From contig NMRA01000062.1 in NCBI GenBank assembly GCA_002633005.1, forward strand, positions 1,161,991-1,217,650: a stretch of 55,660 nt of DNA, written 5' to 3'. Made by a program: the position numbers and the translations under genes. Positions 35,011 to 47,215 of this stretch are shown here, one piece after another (positions within the stretch are counted from its first letter, which is position 1; each line of letters begins with the position of its first letter). This stretch comes from Phoronis australis. Lineage: Eukaryota > Animalia > Phoronida. Under the pieces are notes generated by a model. That model saw only the letters and a program-made list of their open reading frames with translations, was not told where the DNA came from and ran no database searches.

Positions 35011-35854
35011 TTTAGACAACTACTAAATATTCAAGAGTACCGACGGCCACTTAAAAACCCAAGGCTTGAATGTCAGGTGATCGAGTGACAGCAGCCTCAA
35101 GTTATTTAAGAACGAATACCGACACTGTGATCGAGGTTCGGAAATGAACATATATTCCGTGTCGTTACGACAGAAACTAACGAACGATGGTGATCTCAGC
35201 TCATAGTCTAGTATTAAAAGCGACGATAAACATTTAAGTATCACTTTACTGGACTAGAGTATGTTCCAACAACTGAAAAACGTCAAATGTATCGGGAAAC
35301 ATATCACCTGAAAACATTTTCACGAAACCAAAACATATTGTACACTGTGGTGAAAAGATATACGAGACTAGTTCGCCGAGGGACCAGAAGAGTCAATATC
35401 TACACAAATAAACTGTCCTGGTCCGTCGAGAGACATAAAGTTCGCTGTGCTATATATCTATACCAGAACTGTCGAGAGACCAAATTGTACATGTACTGAA
35501 TGCTGGGTATACACTGTAGCTGTTGTGAACGTGATATTCTCTCGCTGTGTGGCATCATGCTGTGATGTCTGTGTTCGTCCCTGTGTCTGAGTTGTTTTCA
35601 TGGTGAATATTAGTCACATGACTCTGGGCACGGATTTGAACGTTGTCTTAGGTGTACACCTCTGTGAAGACGTACGTTTCAGAGTGTCCTGGCTTGAGTC
35701 TAGCTGTAGCCTACTGCTTTACCCACGTGAAATCTGGCGGCTGTAAGTCCGGTAAGTCTATCTCTTGAACTACCTGCTTGCAGGCCGCGTTCACTATATT
35801 TGGCGTAGTCGACATCTGTTCAGGAGTAACGGCTTACAACCCGAGTGTGGGAGG

Positions 35855-36094
35855 CAGAGGCAGATCTATCAGGGGGCTCAGGGGGCTCAACCCCCCCCCT
35901 CCCTCGGGACAGGATCAAAAATAAAAATTGAAAAAAATTCGCCAGAAAAACGAAATTAGCTACTAAAAGTCACAAAAAATATTACACGGGAGGAGGGAAA
36001 CCCTCTCCCGACCTTTATTCACCTCGGTGCTACGCGCCTCTGATTAGCTTAAATCCTAACCCCCCCCTCACTGAAAATGTAGATCTGCTACTCA
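35855..36094. mobile_element. 240-bp non-autonomous hAT-like MITE with 8-bp TSD GTGGGAGG
   Basis: Starts cagaggcagatcta and ends tagatctgctactca; gtgggagg at 35847-35854 and 36095-36102. Confidence 0.75.
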
Positions 36095-36410
36095 GTGGGA
36101 GGGTAGCACATGCGTGCTTTCTCGTTGTGTTTTGTAGCTGAATTGTTGGTTGTTTACTGTTGACTCTTGCGGGATTACAGTGAATAAATATTGTCCTTGA
36201 TTTGTTGTTTGTTAATTTTTAATTTAGTTTTCTCTTGATTCCATGCGTGGTTTTCAGTTTCCTCAGAAGCCAGACTTCTGGGTTTGGTACATCAACCGGT
36301 AATTATAATCTCTACTGCAAAGCTGGCCGCCAGATTACCACCAGTTTCAACAGCCCCTGTCAGCACGAGTGCGGGTGGGGGGGTTAAGTACAATTGTCCA
36401 ATCCCATGCG

Positions 36411-36560
36411 CAGATTTTTTCAGGGGAATTTGGAACACGAGAGGACTTCCAGCGGAAATTTAAAAATTTGGCGCGTAACAATTCTTGGCCTGCACAGTGC
36501 CGTACGGAGTTGGGTTTGTGCCTTGATGGGGACGCATCTCGTTGGTTTACGATTTTTTTA
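36411..36560 (+). mobile_element. Ty3/Gypsy-like gag fragment (degenerate LTR retrotransposon)
   Basis: IFSGEFGTREDFQRKFKNLARNNSWPAQCRTELGLCLDGDASRWF fits the F.G...F...F...A..N.W...L...L.G.A..W retrotransposon gag pattern. Confidence 0.55.
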
Positions 36561-37084
36561 ATAAAAACCCGGACGATTACTTTGATGGCATTATTGAGGT
36601 GATGTCTAATTGATTTGGCTCTGAAGTTGAGGGTATCGAGGTGCACCAACATGCTGCATTTCGAGATAGCCGGATGCCGAGTCTCTGGACCAATGGTCGG
36701 ATCGCCTTACTTGCCTGTTTCTCAAGGGCGGAAGCCAGACCCTCTGGTAAGTCCCAGTCAGTGTTGGGGTTTTGTCTGGGGATGCGTGATAAAGATGTGG
36801 GATTTACAAAGCACACTGTGGTAAAAAACAGTAACGTTACAACACAAGTTCACCGAGAGACCAGGAGTACATGCACTTTAATAGTTAATAGATACACAAA
36901 TAAGCTGGCCCGGTCCGTTGCGAGACCTAAAGTACACTATGCAAGACAGCCTGAGTTTTCAACTGGTCCTTAGGCACGTTTTAATCCCCAGTGGTTGCTC
37001 ATACAGTACATGTATTTTATGCATCTTGGCGTTACTCTTTCTCTCTCTGACAAAACGTGGCGCACTTTCAGTCAAACAAGATAA

Positions 37085-37790
37085 AAAGACTTACAGAACA
37101 CTCGCCTTGGGTTGCTCTGGATAGCGCTTGACGACCAGTGAGGTGTCTAGTCTTTTCGTTCTTTCGTAAAGCATGGCCATCAGTAATAACCCAACAATCC
37201 GTTCCTCAAATGTTTCGTCACACGCCTGAGCATAGAAAGTGGTGTACCTGCGTCACAGGATCCAATAAGGGTTAGACATCCTATCAATAACAGATGTCAC
37301 CGTCTGCGTGCTTCAGTGTGGAACGCAAGTTATCTGACAATTCTTCTCGATTTTGAGCATTCCAGAAGAACCGTCAGCGTCGGAGTAATCGCTGAAATGA
37401 GAGCAAAAGATATTGATACCTTTTAGGGAATTAGTCACCTTTGGGGAATCTGGTGATGGCAAGTATATGTCTCAGAAATGCAGCCTATCCTCCAGTGAGC
37501 CTAATTCTACATCCGTCATCCTGCTAACCACCAATGGCACAAGAAATGACAACTTCTACATGCCTGTTGTCTTTTGAAAACTCGGTCTGGACTATCGAGG
37601 AGTCAGTATATCGTATCCAATGGTTTGCGCGTCTTGGAACCATTCAACCCAGACATCTTCGAGATTCGTTCCCAAAGTCCCTTGAGGTTGTCAAGTCAAA
37701 TCAAGAGAGCTACAAGCGCAATCATATTTGACTAGTTCATTGTGGACTGCTTCAAACATCACGCTTTTGTGAAAGATTATGTATCCCAGG
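37085..37790 (+). mobile_element. Possible highly decayed DIRS-type tyrosine recombinase remnant
   Basis: Frameshifted KT..LVALDSA*R.SEVSSL resembles the LALASARR.SEL box; AFVKDY resembles the terminal F..HY box. Weak. Confidence 0.25.
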
Positions 37791-38460
37791 ACCAATTCGC
37801 ATCTCTTGCAAATTTCGGAATAAACGTACCAATGTCGGAACACATGAAACCCGAAGTTGCAACACCGTATAAATGCCCATGGACATGGGTGTTTCATCGC
37901 GTGGGCCTTTCTGCGGAAATTCCCAGTAAAGAAGACGGTCAGTGCTGAGATCGGAACCAGGGCTCCTTAGGAGGCTTACTGAACACCGCGGGAGTCACGC
38001 AAGACTGCTGAGAAATTACAGCCTGCCCGCAATACCTTGTACTGTTCACGAATACGGTCTCCTTGTCAATGCGAGTGCCCCCTCCCCTGGTTCATTCCTT
38101 GTAGGGGCCTAACTTGCTAGGGTGTATCTTGAAACGGACTCACGTCCACACCATAGCGCCTGCCACAACACTAATTCTTCGGAAATCGAGTTGATCGTTT
38201 TTTAAAATAAATACATTACATAAACATCGTATGATTATTGCACTAGACAACTTTATCATACACCAGTCAATTTCAAGTTACAACCGTGTGGAATATACAT
38301 GTATAGCATTCATGACAAGACTTGACAGATGAGGTAAAAACGTTGCACATCGATTCGCCTAAATATCATTGTTGCTGTACCACAGTGTTTTCGCTAAACA
38401 AATCAAAACATATCTTAGAGTATAAACATTAGATACCTAAAAAATCAGGTATACATCTGC

Positions 38461-38990
38461 TTTTTCAGCTGAGGGTCCATCAAAAGTGTTTGGCGTCCGG
38501 TGTCAGGCGTCCGGCGTCCGTCGGCCGGCTTCCGCAGCTGTCTCCTAAACCCTTTACAGGATCTTGATGAGATTCGGCAGATGTGTTCCTATGAAGCTGA
38601 CGACTGATGACGATGACATTCGAACCTCTCCGACTACCGGTGTGCCCCCTAGTGGCAACTTACCTCTGTATCTTCAGTGGGCCTCAACGAATTTTCATAA
38701 AATTTGGCATTTAGGCATTTGTAGTGAGATGATGCCATCCTCCCGTTTTCGGACGATTTTGCGCCATCTAGTTACCATTTTTATGCTCCAAATATACACC
38801 CCTAGAAGTACATCGATAGTGGTGCATTCGTGGGTGCATTTCAAAGCTCGGCGTTGCTCTTGTTCCAAGGGGGAGGGTTTAAGCGCACTGAACCCCCCAC
38901 CCACCCCGTAGATCCGCCACTGATTTTCATGAAGCTGCTACTAGTTAAAACGTGCAATATCGTGTAGTTTGTACATTTTTTCAGATTAGA
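38461..38990. mobile_element. Possible Helentron-associated (DINE-1/pearl-like) interspersed repeat
   Basis: ttttcagct start, short gcgtccg repeats, and repeated gat.tt.atga.a.tt.gg cores; a MITE end is nested at about 38860-38922. Confidence 0.35.
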
Positions 38991-39029
38991 CCTGATCGTG
39001 CTTTGTCGGTATTGACCCGGCTTTCCATA

Positions 39030-41933
39030 TAGTCGGTGGGCCAGATCTCATAGCGTTCATCCTTGTGAGTACTTTGGGGGGGTAACCTAGTTTTTTCTAT
39101 GTGGCTAGTTAATATACCTATAAATCACATTCCAAAAAGTTCCCACGTCTACACGTGCACATTTTTTTTAAAAAGATGTTTTTGTTGCACAAAATATGAT
39201 GCACACTCCTGCCACTTGGTGACGCTTTTCTATTGAATTGACCAATCAGAGAGCCAGATTGTATTGTTGTGCTTAGTTACTTCAATATGGCTGCTCCCAT
39301 GGAGTGTGATGCCTGTATAATTCAAGGTTTATCAAACAGCACAAAATTTTGATGCTAGAGCCTAAAGAAGCTTAGGAAAGCTTCCTGACGAAATCTGATG
39401 GACTGTGGAACTCTGTAGATCAGTAGATAAAAAGAAGAAGAGGTGTCACAAACGTTTGTGAAGAAAACAGCTGCATGTCCTGGTATAGCCTACACAGTAT
39501 ACTGCTGAGTGCTGTAGACTAGAAGACCAAATGTCAGACCAAAAAATTGAAAGAACATAGAACGGCATAGCAACGTTTCAAGGCACCAGCAGTAGTACTA
39601 AAGCTGAAGTTGGTGAAAGTGATACAGATGTTATCCAAGATTTCCCAAGAAAATCAATTATACTTCCAATATCTGAAACACCCAGTTAACCTGAACAAGA
39701 TAGGAACAATCTGAAACATGAGTGGATCATTTGTTAGCAGGAAAAGTATATTATGGACCATATTTCAAGAAAGATCAAGAAATATAGCTTTCAAATACAG
39801 GTACGTGTTTTTGAAAGGTACATCTTGGTGTTTTCCAGGTGTGTTTCAATATTATAACCAGTTGTTTTTTTAACTTGTTCAGCCCCTTGGCTGACTAGGC
39901 CTTAGAAAATACCGCTGACCCAGTAGAGACGGTGATCATACCATAGGTACTCCATATGCCGGTTGCTTTTCGGCAAATTATGTTCCTATAACTTTAGAAG
40001 TACCGCGTAGAGAGATTTCTCTGAGGAGGTCGTTAACAAATACATGTACTCCTGCAATCCTATTTTTCGAACACTCCATTGTCCAGTTACCACATCGACA
40101 CAGCTTGCGCTAAGGGATAATCATATGGCGTTATACTGTGGGTGTGATTTTAAAGCACTTTGAGTCAAAAATTTTTGAGAAGCTTAAATGGGGTAGATGG
40201 TTGTAAACAACATTCCCAAGTGACCGTCATCGCCTGCCGTAGTCCTGGGATAGGGGGAACCACTTCTCAATTTTTGTAAACATTAATTACTTAGGCAGCT
40301 GCAATGATAAATTAAAGTGCCTAAGAGGCCATCGTCGCTGTCGTTATTTGAGGACGATGGAAGCCACTGTCCATTTCGTCAAACGTCGATTACTTTAAGT
40401 GTAAATCGATTGACTAGGGTTTGATCATCTCATTTAAAAACATTAAATTTCAATCACTGCACTGGTATATTAGCTGATTTATTTCCAGTTGCATCAACTA
40501 ATCTAATTATTAGATGATCAACATTTTTAGGCGACAGATCCGACGGCATGCAAATTTGTTAGGCTGGTGGTGGATCAGTTCCTTATAAGTCCGTCTAAAA
40601 AAGTTGCATGCCAACTCACTCATAGTTGAATGTTAAATTAGTGTCAACAGTTCGGGGTTTTTTCAGTTGGACTTGTATCTCAAGCAACAGCTCAGTCCAG
40701 AGCCCTGAATATGCAAATGAAATTCAAAGATAAAGACCTTGTGTCTTAGAAGCCAAGTACCACAGATCATCATGCTATAAAAATAAAAAGACAAAGATTG
40801 TGAAGAGTGACGAATCCACCCACAGTTTGAGAGATGTTTCTCTACAGTTTTGTTTGGAGTTCATTGAATCAAAGCTTCTAGAACATGGAGATGTCATTTG
40901 CCTTTCAAAACTAAAGCAAGACTTTGAAGCTGTTCTTCAGAAAGCTGGTGTGCATGAAGTTATTTGGACAGGCAATCTTAAGAAATATTGTTGAAGCTAC
41001 TCACTGTTGTAGTTTGTGCCTGACTAAGAGATACGAAAGTGAANTCCTTAATTTCGCCAAGTGTCGCTCAAGACTAGCCTTTTTCTTACTGATTTCGGAC
41101 TCCTACGTTCGTCATGTGTATGTTATTAACTTCTTTTGTTCATCCTCACCACCATCTTCGTCATATTCGTCATCTTCGTCATCACCTTTATCGTCATCTT
41201 TTTGGTTAATTTCGCCAAGGTTCGCTCCTCGGAGCGCTTTCATTTTATTTGTTGATTAAGTCACAGAAAGTACATAATTTGATCATTGTCATGTATTTGT
41301 CTCATACTGCTTGATAAACGCTGTCAGAATAATCTATTAATTTCATACAGTCTGTGTGCACATTCACAGAGATCATTCCACTATATTGTTTTTGTACTAT
41401 AACGTATTTCTGGTGTATTATGCAAACAAGCCGTATTTTACATCATTAGTCAACGTTTTAGTCATTGAGGAACAAATGTTGCTCAGTCTCAAGTGTTTTG
41501 TGTTATTTTTGTGGCCAGACAATGCCAGAATAACTTCCTAGTAACATCCAGACTTAGTTTGCATTTTTGCCACTAGGTGTCTCTTTACATTTTATAAATT
41601 TCACCGTTTACAATTAATCTACAATAGTAAAACATGTAATGTGAGTGTAATATTGTTCAATACAATGGCACTGATGGGACCATATTACTTGTTTTACAAA
41701 AAAGTCACCAAAACTGTTGTTTTTACAAATATAAATTTACTAAGCTCTTTGGTGATTATTAGGTAACTTGAAACTCAAATTTCTCAAAAATGTGCAACTT
41801 TATATGTGGGAACTTTTTAGATTTTGAAAACACTCTAATAAATGAATTAAAAAACACCAAAATAAAATTGCCCCACTAAAGTACTCACAAAAACCATTTT
41901 CTAGAGGCCCTACAAGTTCTGGCCCACCGACTA
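39030..41933 (+). mobile_element. Academ-like DNA transposon, internally deleted/degenerate (2904 bp), 3-bp TSD ATA
   Basis: Perfect 16-bp TIR TAGTCGGTGGGCCAGA / TCTGGCCCACCGACTA, extending imperfectly about 140 bp (gtgagtacttt, aaaaagttccca, tgcacattttt mirrored); ATA on both flanks; transposase relic DLV.LEAKYHRSSCY...FCLEFIESKLLEHGDVICLSKL at about 40735-40990. Confidence 0.75.
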
Positions 41934-44554
41934 ATAGTCATAGTAGCTGTTTTTACAATACTATTGTGAACCATCCAAGCCAATGCCTTACTCTTTCAAG
42001 TGCTATTTGTTCGTTTCAAAGCTGAGTCGCTTATCGACAAAAGCAATGTACCGGATAGCATCTTTTTGATGGCATGTTTTGCCTAAGCACCCTAGGACAA
42101 TTGATTAGTATTTGCCTAAAATGGGTGGGTACCTTAAATAAATACAGGACTTGTAAAAATACCAAAGAACGTCAACGTCCTGGTTCAGTCTTCCTCAGCG
42201 TGGTCTCTGCGCGCCAACTGTTTCAACGGGTAAGCAAACTCTTCTTGTTTTCTACACTCCGTTCTTTCTTTACACGTGGAAAATGCACTCGACTGTGGCA
42301 AAGTGCAAATTTATTCGAATTGTTACTATACATTTCCATAGTAGGCACGAAGTGTCACTCAGGATCAAATCATGTTCTTCCCAAGAACTTGATTTTTTTG
42401 CTCCAGCGGCTGTAAGAACAATTTGTCAGTCACCCTTTCTTTTCGTACACAAACGACTCTCTACGGCATTGTTGGATAGAAACGTCCTGTTGGTTTCAGG
42501 AGTAATGAAACATTTTAAAACTTTTCGTGTTCTGCGATGTTTCGCTTACCTAAACCATCTTCTTGTGCAACTGATTAAATGCTGTTAATAACAACAGTCA
42601 GCAGTACAATCATCATCACTTACCACACGTGTGCTACTCCGTTGTTGTATCTGACTGTACTTATTCTATCAGTATAACTAGTACTAGCAAGTACCAAAAG
42701 CGTTATTATCATTCGTGCATCCACACGTGCCTTTGCCATTTTTTGTTTTTGTTTCCATAGTTATTTGCTATAACTGCCGGTTCTAATTTCACTGGAAGTG
42801 TTATTCATAATGATACCAGTGCTGTAATAATTTTGTGAGAGTGACCTGACGGCGCACGCTAATCATCTTGTGACAGTCTAACTGCAGTAGTTTCAACCTC
42901 ATAAATTGCGAATTAAAAACTCGTTGAACATTGTCATTGTAGTGTTAAACTTACATTGAAAGTCATTTTGGCGGGTCATATATGGCCGCGCTCTATAAGA
43001 TAAACCCATCAAACGGTTGATTTAGCCAAAACGAAAAATCCTGAATGGTTCCGACCAATGAGCCACAGAAAAGTGCTAACGAGCCTCCGCGACTCGATTT
43101 GTGTTACTTTTGCAATATTAAAATCAAAACAATACATAGAAAGTGGTTTGTTATGCCAAAAGAAGATCAAATGACCTCCATTCCAACAACAACATAACCA
43201 CAGCAAACAAAGATTGCAAATTGCCTTATTTCCCTACTCGACGTCACAGTATTAAACATTTAGAACGTCATAATTACATAGCCTTGTCGAGACGCATTCA
43301 GTTCCATCGGTTTGTATATTAAATTTTAAAAACACTTTCAACGACTATTCGTGTTTCCTCAACTACCCCCGTCACAGTTCAAAACACCGCCTCACTGTCG
43401 GAATGTCCCTTTGGGAAGTAACTCGACACTGTTTGTCACAAGTCAAATCCGAACAACAGCGAACAATATCAGTTGGAAATTCACCTTAAGCTAGCTGTGC
43501 AGGACATAGTAAGATGAATAGGCAATCTAAAATGAACCACGTCTGTCGACACAATATTAACCAGTTTCTGTCCTCCCATTCCGTGATCATTTAAAATACA
43601 CAATCAAAGGATTTTGTGTGCAACCCATATTTTCAATAAATTGAACTGTTTAGGCTACCCTGCATCAAACTTTGAGGCTACGTAGATGGTCCCATTGCAG
43701 TTGACAATCACTTCAACAGTGTGTTAGACCAGTTTATTTCATTCTTCGAGTCTGCGCACTTAAAAATCCATACTTTATTTTATGTCTTGTGTTTTGTTTT
43801 GTTTTTTCTTTTATTTCTCTAATCTTGCGTGATTCTAATAATTTTATTAAATTTATTATAAAGGTGTTGTCTACTCTCTGATTGGCTAACATTTCACATT
43901 TCTCAGTTATGTATATCATAATTTTTTATCTATAAACGACCTGTTGGACGAGCAAAATAATTTTTGCCGACATTGAGGTATACAATTTTAGATCAAATGT
44001 CATTGTTTTTGGTTTTTTCCTTAACTGAATCTGTAAAATGGTTTCTGAGAAAACAATGCCACTAAAAGGTTTAAAAAGCGTTGACGGTTCACCTGTTCCC
44101 TTGATAATTGCTACTTTGTCAATAACGTTGGGACCGGGGTAAGTCGCTCGGTTGTATTTTGTGTGAGCATTTTGTAGTCCTAGTAGCCCAGGCTAAAGAC
44201 ATAAAGTTCAATTCCATCTTTGATGAAGAAAGTTGGAACCACTGGTGTATGATAACTAGGCAATGCACTAGTGCCACTTCGGCATGGTGTTAACAATGGG
44301 ATACTCTGTGTAGAACTTTAGTTGCAAACAACTTTCTTTATGAAATCAATATAATGGATTCGAATTTTTGTTCTTTTTAACGACAAGCCTAACACTTTAG
44401 AACGTATTGTCGACGATTGTAGGAGTAGGTTTCTGTCAGCGGTACAATGAGAAGAGCTCGCCCGAGGAAACATTGATGCATCTATGATAAAAACAATCAT
44501 TTTATTCGGAAAAATACCAGATAATGAGCCGTACGTTTGGGCATGTTAACATTC

Positions 44555-45270
44555 TGGCGATTGCAGCAAAAATGAACACTTTGCACTTGAACTGTGTAGA
44601 CTAGGGCACGGATGTAAATCTAAAATACAAATGTGATGGTGTTCCGAAGAGGTGGCGCCCTACGGAAAATATGAAAAGTGGTATTTTGGTGGTCAACTCG
44701 TTGATACTATGTCGAGTTACAAATATCTTGTTATATGTTTCCACTCCGAAATTGTGTTGGTTTAAAATTACATCAAGGCTAAAACCTTTATTCATGCTAA
44801 ATAATCTGCAACATTAGTGTTATTGTATTCCTTCCATTGCAGCTTTTGAGATATTTGATACAATGGTTTCTCCTATCGTAAACCATGGATTGGAAATATG
44901 GGGCTATTCTCAATATAAATCTGTAGAGCGGGTGCAACTAAAGTTTTGTAAACCACTGTTGGGTGTCAGCTGCATGACTGTCAATGTTGCTGTTCTTGGC
45001 GAATGTGGAAGATTTCAACTTTTTGTGAAAACATTTTGTGAGGTGTATCAAATCCTGGCTTAAATTGATAAGAATGCCAACAACAAGGTATTGTAGAGCT
45101 GTATGAGTGGCATGTTGTTTGGCTTGGACTGTGCAGGAAGGCATACTTGGAGTATCACTGTTAGATTACTATCATGTAAGTAAGGTTTTGATCTGGTGTG
45201 GTTTCAACACTGTGTCGAGTGTGAGTAATTGTTTGTTGATAATTCTTAAAAAGAGGTTCAAAGACTTTNT
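44555..45270 (+). mobile_element. Degenerate non-LTR retrotransposon (RTE-X-like LINE), RT C-terminal region
   Basis: VMVFRRGG...WYFGG...YKYL...FDTMVSPIVNHGLEIWG...VERVQLKFCKPLLGV...NVAVLGECGR...WLKLIRM with frameshifts. Clade assigned by motif recall. Confidence 0.75.
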
Positions 45271-45286
45271 TTTTTCACAAGAAATG

Positions 45287-45287
<1 letters not shown>

Positions 45288-45371
<84 letters not shown>
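45288..45371. repeat. (TG)42 microsatellite
   Basis: 84 nt of uninterrupted TG. Confidence 0.98.
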
Positions 45372-45372
<1 letters not shown>

Positions 45373-45599
45373 ATTCTGTTCCGTGTGTTTCTTCATTTAA
45401 TTTGGGTTTAATTAGCGGTGAATATTTCATGAAATAGAACCCAGACCAGACCACGTGATTACCAACCAAAAACTGTCGCGCTTATGAGTTTGCATTACCT
45501 CTCTGTCTTCTAAAGAAACTCATTCTCCACATAATTACTGTCTATGCTGTTTTCAAGAAATGACACACCAGATGTCGGGGTCAGCTCTCCGGACTTGAT

Positions 45600-45910
45600 A
45601 TCGAACTCAAAATTATTTTTGTTATTTTCCGTTCTGTTTTAATACGAACTCAAGGTATTCAGTTAAGATTATTCTGCACGCCACCCAGTTATCCAAGATT
45701 CCACTTGACAATCCATAGATTCACGCTATATACTCAAATTCCAACTCCTGCTTAGGAGTTCATATTTTGAGCTCGTAATTTTAGAATTGGGGGGTCACCA
45801 AAGGCAGAATGAGATTCAACTGTAATACACTCGAGCACACCATTAAAAACGGTAATCTTGAGTTTATACTAAAATGGAACAGAAAACATTAAAAATAAGT
45901 TGATTTCGAA
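45600..45910. mobile_element. MITE-like element with ~65-bp imperfect TIRs
   Basis: tcgaactcaaaattatttttg...aactcaaggtattcagtt is mirrored by aacggtaatcttgagtt...aaaaataagttgatttcga. Confidence 0.6.
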
Positions 45911-47142
45911 TGAAATATTAGACGCTGTTCTGATAAATGACGTTTTTTTAAAAATGTATGCCGCATTCAACCTCAGCAACGTACATGTATAGAGGCAGCC
46001 GTATTGAAATAGTTCTACCCTTTCTCAATTTCTCACCTTTTGGTCGGCTAAAAGCTCAGCATGTACAGTGCCATCTTTTGTTTAAAAAATTATGTTAAAA
46101 GGACACAAACGCACTACTCACAATGCGACACTCTTCGAATGTCAAATGCTTGAAGATACGTGTATTCAGCAACACCGGAAAATTGAAGTTGTCCCCGCGG
46201 ACATTGTCATAGGTTACGGTAAATAGCCTCAAGGTGAATCTTTGATATTATTGGCGTTATGTGATAGTGTGAACAAAGCAGATTATTACACGTGGATGTG
46301 AAACTAACGCTAAAAAACACGCATCCTCTAACCGACACCCCGACACTAAGCCGCGCATGTATTTCTATTCACAAATGTTACGTTGAAATTGTATCTTCCT
46401 GTAACTACATGTAGCTTTTGAGCTGGTACGCAGCTCTTCGTCAGGTGAGTGGAAAGACTGTCACTGTGTTTTCATTACGCGTCATTTATAGTAGTAGAAA
46501 ACTTTAGGTGGGTACAGGAGGCAATTGCCACCCCCCCCCCCCCGATTGGGGGAGAAAGAAGGAAAATTTGGGCAAAAGAAAATATGCGGGAATGGCAGAT
46601 ATGAAGGGAATCAATGGCTACTGCAGGGGAAAATTAATGGAGGTCGGCCAGTAATGAAGTGAAGACGGGGCGGGCAAAGGCGCAGGACACAGTGGTTGAT
46701 ATTCCATGTCCCGCGATCAATCACAGCTACGTCATATGCTCCCGAACAGCTTGGCCTAACACTTTACAGCTTACAATTGCGTTTACATAACCAGAAATGC
46801 TTGTCGATTATGTTGCATTATAAACGACCGTTCGGTAGGGCTGCAAACATATCTTTTCCAAAATAATTTTCCTGCATTCATAGCATCTCAAAATCTCTCC
46901 AGAACGTATTGGGTAAAACCCTGTTGTATGACTGAAGTGGCCAACCAAATATAGTCCTCTTTTAAGAATTACACAGCTGCTACCACAGAATAAAACACCT
47001 GCCCATAACACGTTTTGGGGTCTGAAAACCAAGGGTTGCGCACAGTCAATACTTATGCAATATCCATACATTCCAATGTGATATCAATCTAATTAGTCTT
47101 ATTTTTTCAGATCAACAACTGTGCATGAGATTCTAACCATAC

Positions 47143-47215
47143 ATGTGGAAGATGCCACCAGGGAGCGCCAGCTGCCTTGCAGTATGCATTGTACTGCTCT
47201 CTGTTTTACACCAAG
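47143..47215 (+). CDS. First coding exon: signal peptide MWKMPPGSASCLAVCIVLLSVLHQ
   Basis: Exon 47111-47215 has a ttttttcag acceptor and AAG|gtaact donor; hydrophobic core; phase 1 joins to GNAEC. A strong CAG|gtgagt at 46444 may end an upstream 5'-UTR exon. Confidence 0.78.

Noticed and set aside
40080-40170. Possible SINE tail (taaagcactttgag); also a B-box-like stretch near 4665-4690
   Set aside because: No paired A/B boxes and no tRNA fold; too degenerate to call.
40924-41259. Ser-rich ORF inside the Academ-like element
   Set aside because: Low-complexity tcatct/tcgtca run containing an N base; not a credible gene.
45107-45469. Poly-CV and poly-HT ORFs
   Set aside because: They are translations of the (TG)42 microsatellite.
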